Assembly: GCA_036172245.1 (NCBI GenBank) | Contig: JAYWIR010000010.1 | Location: 3,596,001 to 3,660,000 of the forward strand | Origin: Raillietiella orientalis | Lineage: Eukaryota | Length of the DNA stretch: 64,000 bases | Reading direction: 5' to 3' | Part shown: positions 61,501 through 64,000 of the stretch, piece by piece | How the letters are laid out: each line of letters begins with the position of its first letter | Position numbering within the stretch: position 1 is the first letter of the stretch | The notes under the pieces: model-generated | Database searches by the model: none | What the model saw: only the letters and a program-made list of their open reading frames with translations | What the model was told of the DNA's origin: nothing | Translations under genes and position numbers: made by a program

Positions 61501-64000
61501 CTCTTTCAGCGGTGGCGGCACTCGCAGGCATCTTTCGGAAAAGACTTTGGATCTGTTCCAGGATGGAATCCTTCCTACTGTTAGGTGGAAGAGTTCTCCT
61601 GAAGGCCTAAATGCATTTTCAAGAACAGAAAGGGAGTGTGTATGAGGATGCACTTCTGAGAACTTTGGGTCCTCTGCGCCCCCTCTATCCACTCTTCGAT
61701 GCTGATTCTCATGCATTCCACCTCGGGATGTGATCTTGCAGAATCCTGCTTTACCCATTTGATGAGATCGTGGAGAAATGTCAAGCGAGCAGCATTCACA
61801 TCTCAAAGATCCAGCGAGCAGCACTCACTGGGTTCTCGAGAGAGAGGAGTTCGTTGCTGAAGCGAGAGTAGGGCGGAGACTCTCCTAGAACTTCTGGAGT
61901 CAAGAATCGATCTACTGGAGAAACTCAGCATTCTGTTTCCCTTCGGCTGCAATTTCATCTCACACGAGAAGGAAAGGAGTGATAGGAAACGATCGGTCTA
62001 TCGGAAGATTTGCGTAGATCGAAACTATGAGGTGGATTCCCTTGGATCTGGGAGTGATCTGCACTGCTGCTGCAAATCGTGAACTTTTCTTTTGGTCTTC
62101 ATAGGCTGAGTCAAAGAAAATCGGGAAAGATGCATAAATCAAAAGATCAGTTTGAAACTTCAGCGAAAAATCGCATCCAGGTCGAGAGAAGAGAATACGC
62201 GAGAGAAAGAGGTAATATGGAACCGCAATGGCAAACCTCAAAGATTAGAATAATCAAAGTCTCGGAAATGAGCTCAATGTGGTACGGATGTAGTATGCCT
62301 AACTCGAAAAAAACTGTATACCTCTTGGATCTGGGGTTTCTTCTCTGCAAAGCAGCGCTGGGAAAGAGTAGTCCTTTCTCATAAACTCTCTTGGTTGGAA
62401 GAATCTTTCCTGCTCACTTGACGTCGTTTACCAACAATTTTAAAGAATCCTGCGTCTTGGAAGTTCATAGACAGCAGATGGAAGAAGCCGAGCACTAATT
62501 TCTTCAAACAGCAGCACGCATCAGCAAGACGAACGAACGATACCGATGCCGTCATCTCAAGCTGTTTGCACCTCGCAATAAGTTTGCTCTCAAGAAAAAG
62601 AAATCGTTTACGTAGGGAAGATGGAAAAAGCAAAACGAATTCGTGTTATTTTTTGAGCGGGACTGTGGAAAAACAACGACATTAGCAACAAAAAAAATAA
62701 AACTGTTTTTAAACGAAGCAATGTACCTGCCAAAGGTTCTTGTATCTACTCCAGGAATTTCACATTTGCTGTTTCACCAGTCACGATGGAGTATTCATTG
62801 AAAAGATAAACAAACCAAGACAGTGTGACTTCCGACCGACTCCAATTGCTAAGGACTAATTTCGATTTGCTTGTGGGTCTTCCTTATTTCAAGTTTTTTT
62901 GTAATGTAGAAAAGGAAAATGAATGATTTTCAACGGTTAAAACTGATATTCCTTTCGCCTTCATGAATGTAACTGCTTTAAATAATCAAGGATACATTTG
63001 GGCATTTGCCTTTTTGTGAAAATAGGAGGGGAGGATCGTAATGATAGGAGGGGGAGGGTACACGCATGCATATATCCTATCACCTAATTACGTAAACATA
63101 CTAAATAAACATAAAACACAGTAGAGTTCGCATTTTTAAACGTAGAGATAAGAAAATAAGCCCAATGCAAAAATCCCTAATTGTCAAAAAAAAACCATAT
63201 ACATAACTTTCCATTGTGAATTTAAAATTCACACATATTCACATCATTTCATCGACAGATTTCCGATTAGTCATTTCCTTTGTAAAGCACTCCGAAGTGT
63301 TAAGCAATCTTGGAAACATCGGGATGGTAAACCAGCTGTCCATGCAGATAAAGCACTCTTGTTTGTGACATCACTTTGTTCAGATACTTGACACAGTACA
63401 AGACAGAAGCGAAATTTCGATAAATTACTGAAACTCTCATAACCACTTCAATTGCCATAGGGTATTTGCATCAGTGATGTCTTCTTTAAAGACGGTAATT
63501 AGGAAATGAAAAGTATGCTTCCATCCTTCTTTGAATTCTATTTCTCAGTTGTCCAAGGGTCCGATAAACGGTGGGATGAACGTATTTAAAATCTGGGATA
63601 CATAACAACAGTTACTCAATCAATAGACACTACCGTCTCTGTCAAACAAACTTTGTTTTCCACTACCCTGAGTGTCACTGTTCCAAGCCAAGTTCGGGGT
63701 TGGTTACTGGGTTCTGGTCACTAGGGAGTTTGCGGCGTTCCGTTCACCCAGGCAGTATCTTCACTTCACACGTCTTTCGCAAGATGAAGCAATACATCCA
63801 GGCTGGGATCCGGGCACAGTTCCTGAGCAAAGCTCCTTCTGGATAAGTCCTTTGAAAATTTCTATTATTCCTGTTTTCTGTAGCTTTGTCCTTATTACAA
63901 TGCTTGTGATGAAGAGAGCTATCGCTGCACGTATCATGGATTGTATCGAGGAACGTTGAAATAATCACGTCAGGATTGCCATTCCTGCGCACGTCAGCAG

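Overview
Eukaryotic (probably arthropod/invertebrate) genomic DNA dominated by transposon debris. One intact host gene is supported: a 4-coding-exon, minus-strand rhodopsin-class GPCR resembling arthropod prostanoid receptors (16621-23819, ~320 aa, canonical GT-AG, consistent phases). From 31.6 to 57.9 kb (plus one copy at 8.8-10.9 kb) there is a dense, partly nested cluster of about 13 copies or fragments of divergent L1/Tx1-clade LINE subfamilies. The best-preserved copy is 53811-57913, with a 13-bp TSD. These LINEs lack poly(A) tails and end in a structurally conserved 3' module: covarying hairpins, then AATAAA-N3-[5-bp stem/5-nt loop]-TGA. Also present: a MULE-like inverted-repeat element enclosing an intronless arfaptin pseudogene fragment (Pack-MULE-like), a bacterial-type IS630 transposase fragment, a probable NUMT, deleted Tigger/pogo and piggyBac elements, NeSL/R2-like and gypsy remnants, and several perfect inverted repeats. 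All family assignments come from motif recognition by eye, not database searches; boundaries of degenerate remnants are approximate.
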